Source: Vitrella brassicaformis CCMP3155
Lineage: Eukaryota; Protista; Chromerida
NCBI GenBank assembly: GCA_001179505.1
Contig: CDMY01000376.1
Location: forward strand, 124,001 to 188,000
Length of the DNA stretch: 64,000 nt
Direction of reading: 5' to 3'
Positions 61,033 through 64,000 of the stretch are shown piece after piece; the first letter of the stretch is position 1, and each line of letters begins with the position of its first letter. A program made the translations under genes and the position numbers. The notes under the pieces are model-generated. The model was not told where the DNA came from, did no database searches, and saw nothing but the letters and a program-made list of their open reading frames with translations.

Positions 61033-63590
61033 ATGTCTGCTTCCGCTGAGCAAGAGGACCCCTCTGCCGCTGCGGGGAGCAGCTCAGCGAGTATGGACGT
61101 CGACACGGCCGAGGAGGTCGGTGTCGCCAAGAACACCACCGTCACAGAGGTCGCCGCGGCGCAGCAGGCGGCCTCGAGGGCGGAGGAGGACGAGACGATG
61201 GGTGGATTCGGCGTTCCCACGTTTGACGACGTACGACCGGCCGTCCAGGCAGGGGGCGCCGCCGCAGCTGCCGCATCGTCGTCAGCTGCCAACCAGGGAG
61301 TGCCCGACTTCGGTCCGGCGGAGGATGGGAATCTCACGCGAGGGATGTCAGGTGCGGAGGGAGACAGAACGGGTGCGACACAACACCGCGCGCGCGTATC
61401 GGTTTGTCTGTGTGGCGGTTCAGGTATCAGTCTCGGCAACGGTGTGACCACTGACAACCTGCGGCTGACGTCAGACAACCCCTCGGCCCGCAAGGTGATG
61501 CGTCTCCTCTCACCCGACTCGCCCGTGCACACCTTCAACCCCGCCAACCAGCCCAAAGGCCTCAACTTCACCCTCAGCGGCTCCATCTTCGATGCACTCC
61601 CACCCCTCCCACCCGCTGGGTCGCCTGGCGCCGACGGACCAGCCCGGATGGCCTCCCCCCAGGCTCCTCCGTTCCCCTCCCTGTCGGGCGACGGACCAGG
61701 CCGGATGGCCTCTCCCTCGGCCCCTCCATTCCCCTGCCTGTCGGGCCAGAGCAGCAACTCACCCAAGCCCACTGGTGGGGGCGCCATGCCTGCCACGAGC
61801 AGCTCATCGGGCAACCCTGGCGACGGGGAGGGCCGCAGCAGTGCTTCCCAGAGCCCGGAGGGGGATTTCAAGACATATGCACACGGTGCGGAGGACACAG
61901 ACAGTGAGCCGGAGAGGGAACCGAGCGACAGTGACGCATCTGTGTCGTCTGACTCCTCTTGCTCCTCCTCAGGGGTGGGTGCGCCGGTGAACCAGCCGAG
62001 TGGCGGCAACCTGAGCGTCAACTACATGCAGGGCGGCAGGCCCTTCAGCTACACACAGCCGCCCACGGCTCAGTGGCCGGCGGCTCCCCAGTTCCCCGGC
62101 TCGTCCAGCGCAGCTGTGGCGGGCCGCATCCGTTCGAGCGAGACTGAGGAGAGCAATAGTTCCAGCAGCGACCACCCCATGGGTGGTGCCATCGCACGGT
62201 CGCGCCACCCTGCCGCCGCCGCCGCACACATGACCAGGGCGCCCCTCATGCCCATCATGGAGGGCGGGTCGAGCTCATCGGCAGCAGCAGCAGCGGCTGC
62301 AGCTGCAGCTGGCAGTGACGATGCCGGCCCGTCGCGGCATGACCTGCGGCCGCGGTCAGCCCGCAACCGCAAGCGCAGTCGTCCGGGTCGTTTGTATGAG
62401 GACGAGGGGGAAGGGGAGGCTGAGGGTGGTGAGGAGATGGGCGATGACGATCCTGAAGATGAGGACGCCGACGAGGATGAGGAGGACGAGATGGATGAGG
62501 ACGAGGAGGACGACGAGGAGGATGACGATAGCGGCCCGTCGTACTCGTGTGGCCGTGGCGGCGGCCGTGGGCGCCGCGCCAACGGCCTCGGCCAGGTGGG
62601 GCCGGCGTTGGTCAAGGAGGAGTTCGACAGCGACGACGAGAACGAGCGCAAGATGGCGGGCAAGTACGGGCTCAAGTACCCCAAGGTGACGACGCCCCTG
62701 GCCGTCATGAACGACATCTCAAACATTGACGAGACGCTCCTCAAGCGGGTGCCCGACTACTACGAGGGCATCAGCTTCGGCCTGGGCGAGGGCGGGCGGG
62801 AGCTGCTCAGGAAATACATCAAAATGACTGGGTGAGTGGATAGGATCCGATCCAACACACCACACATCCATCCATCCATCCACGGTCATCTCATCTCTCT
62901 GTTGGTGTGGTGTCTGGTCTGGTCTGGTCTGGTCTGGTGTGTGCTTATCTATCTGATAGGTACAAGGGTCGTGCGCTGCACAGCACGTCGATCCCCGAGC
63001 TGCTGGCGCTGGCGCGCAAGGTCAACATCTGGAACGTGGCCATCCGCATCCACCTCGAGTACAAGGCCTTCATCCCCCTCTCCAAGTGCCACTTCGACAT
63101 GCGCCAGTACAAGGCGTCTCTCGCCGAGCGCAGGCGCGAGAAGAACCGCACCAAGGCGCCCCTGGCGCTGGTGACCAACCAGGCGGGCCGGCCGACCATA
63201 GCCTACCAAGAGGGCATCCAGCTGCCTTTGGGAGGGGAGGGGCGGAAGCAGCTCCTGGCCAAGCTCAGACAGCGACACGACATGGACCGGGAAACCATGG
63301 ACGAAAAACTCGCAAAGTGAGTGAGGGGCTGAGGGGAGGGGAGGGGCGTCACAACAACACGCATTCACACATGCATCTCTCCCTCTCTCTCTCTCTCTCT
63401 CTGTTTGTGTGTTAGGTATGGTTTGCGGTATTCGGCGATGCGCGACGCGACAGTGGCGATGCTGCTGAAGATGGCGTGGGCGGTGGGCCTGTGGGACGAG
63501 GCCGTATCCCTGCACCTGCTCAACCAGAGCAAGAAGGGCGAGTCGCGCAAGAACGCCAAGACCAACTACCACAGACGATCTTCCGGATGA
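61033..63590 (+). CDS. Hypothetical protein: long Ser/Pro/acidic low-complexity region and two C-terminal helical repeats
   Basis: Large first ORF with an in-frame 72-nt intron (61352-61423) and a D/E tract. Two later exons carry a repeated motif: EGISFGLGEGGRELLR...SIPELLALARKVNIWNVAIRIH and EGIQLPLGGEGRKQLL...ATVAMLLKMAWAVGLWDEAVSLH. Stop at 63590. Confidence 0.7.
61633..61746 (+). repeat. 57-nt (19-aa) coding tandem repeat x2
   Basis: DGPARMASPQAPPFPSLSG / DGPGRMASPSAPPFPCLSG. Confidence 0.85.
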
Positions 63591-63653
63591 TCAACCAATC
63601 GGGTCATAGAAAGACACTGGACGACACGTACAGCTGTGGGGAGAGGGGAGGGG

Positions 63654-63953
63654 NNNNNNNNNNNNNNNNNNNNNNNNNNNNNNNNNNNNNNNNNNNNNNN
63701 NNNNNNNNNNNNNNNNNNNNNNNNNNNNNNNNNNNNNNNNNNNNNNNNNNNNNNNNNNNNNNNNNNNNNNNNNNNNNNNNNNNNNNNNNNNNNNNNNNNN
63801 NNNNNNNNNNNNNNNNNNNNNNNNNNNNNNNNNNNNNNNNNNNNNNNNNNNNNNNNNNNNNNNNNNNNNNNNNNNNNNNNNNNNNNNNNNNNNNNNNNNN
63901 NNNNNNNNNNNNNNNNNNNNNNNNNNNNNNNNNNNNNNNNNNNNNNNNNNNNN
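63654..63953. other. Assembly gap (300 N)
   Basis: Run of N after a G-rich stretch. Confidence 0.99.
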
Positions 63954-64000
63954 GGCAGTTGGTGGTGCAGTGAGCGACGTACGCAGATTCATGGCGTGGA

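Noticed and set aside
60750-62021. 423-aa ORF on the - strand
   Set aside because: Antisense shadow of the GC-rich + strand gene at 61033.
1-64000. CRISPR arrays, rRNA, tRNA or intact transposase/reverse transcriptase genes
   Set aside because: No repeat-spacer arrays, tRNA cloverleaves, rRNA motifs or mobile-element catalytic motifs were seen. The SWIM finger lies in a TPR/PADR1 protein, not a MuDR transposase.

Overview
Eukaryotic, GC-rich, very intron-dense genomic DNA. The GT-AG introns are about 70-150 nt and full of (CA)n/(GT)n/(GACA)n/(GGAT)n microsatellites. Composition and gene content suggest a photosynthetic alveolate such as the chromerid Vitrella brassicaformis (inference, not verified). 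The ORF track is mostly fragments and antisense shadows, so genes were rebuilt by joining exons at splice sites. About 14 genes in order: histone stem-loop-binding protein SLBP (-), 7TM-RGS protein (+), coiled-coil protein (-), unknown protein (+), ATG9 (-), ubiquitin fused to an unrecognised 96-aa tail (+), nitrate transporter NRT2 (-), large secreted Ig-like/NHL/EGF protein (+), voltage-gated proton channel Hv1 (-), F-BAR-like/SH3/GRAM/VASt/TM lipid-transfer protein (+), a tandemly duplicated unresolved locus at 38-40.6 kb, a TPR/SWIM/PADR1 protein (+), a probable plastid-targeted helical protein (-), a giant LRR/Cys-rich/multipass receptor-like protein (+), and an acidic low-complexity protein with two helical repeats (+). 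There are six 300-N gaps, one flanked by a 783-bp exact duplicate that is probably an assembly artefact. Top leads: the ubiquitin fusion, the 7TM-RGS lacking the usual catalytic Asn, 5'-CA/3'-UG polarised introns, the BAR-SH3-GRAM-VASt fusion, Hv1, and a strong non-coding hairpin at 17.1 kb.
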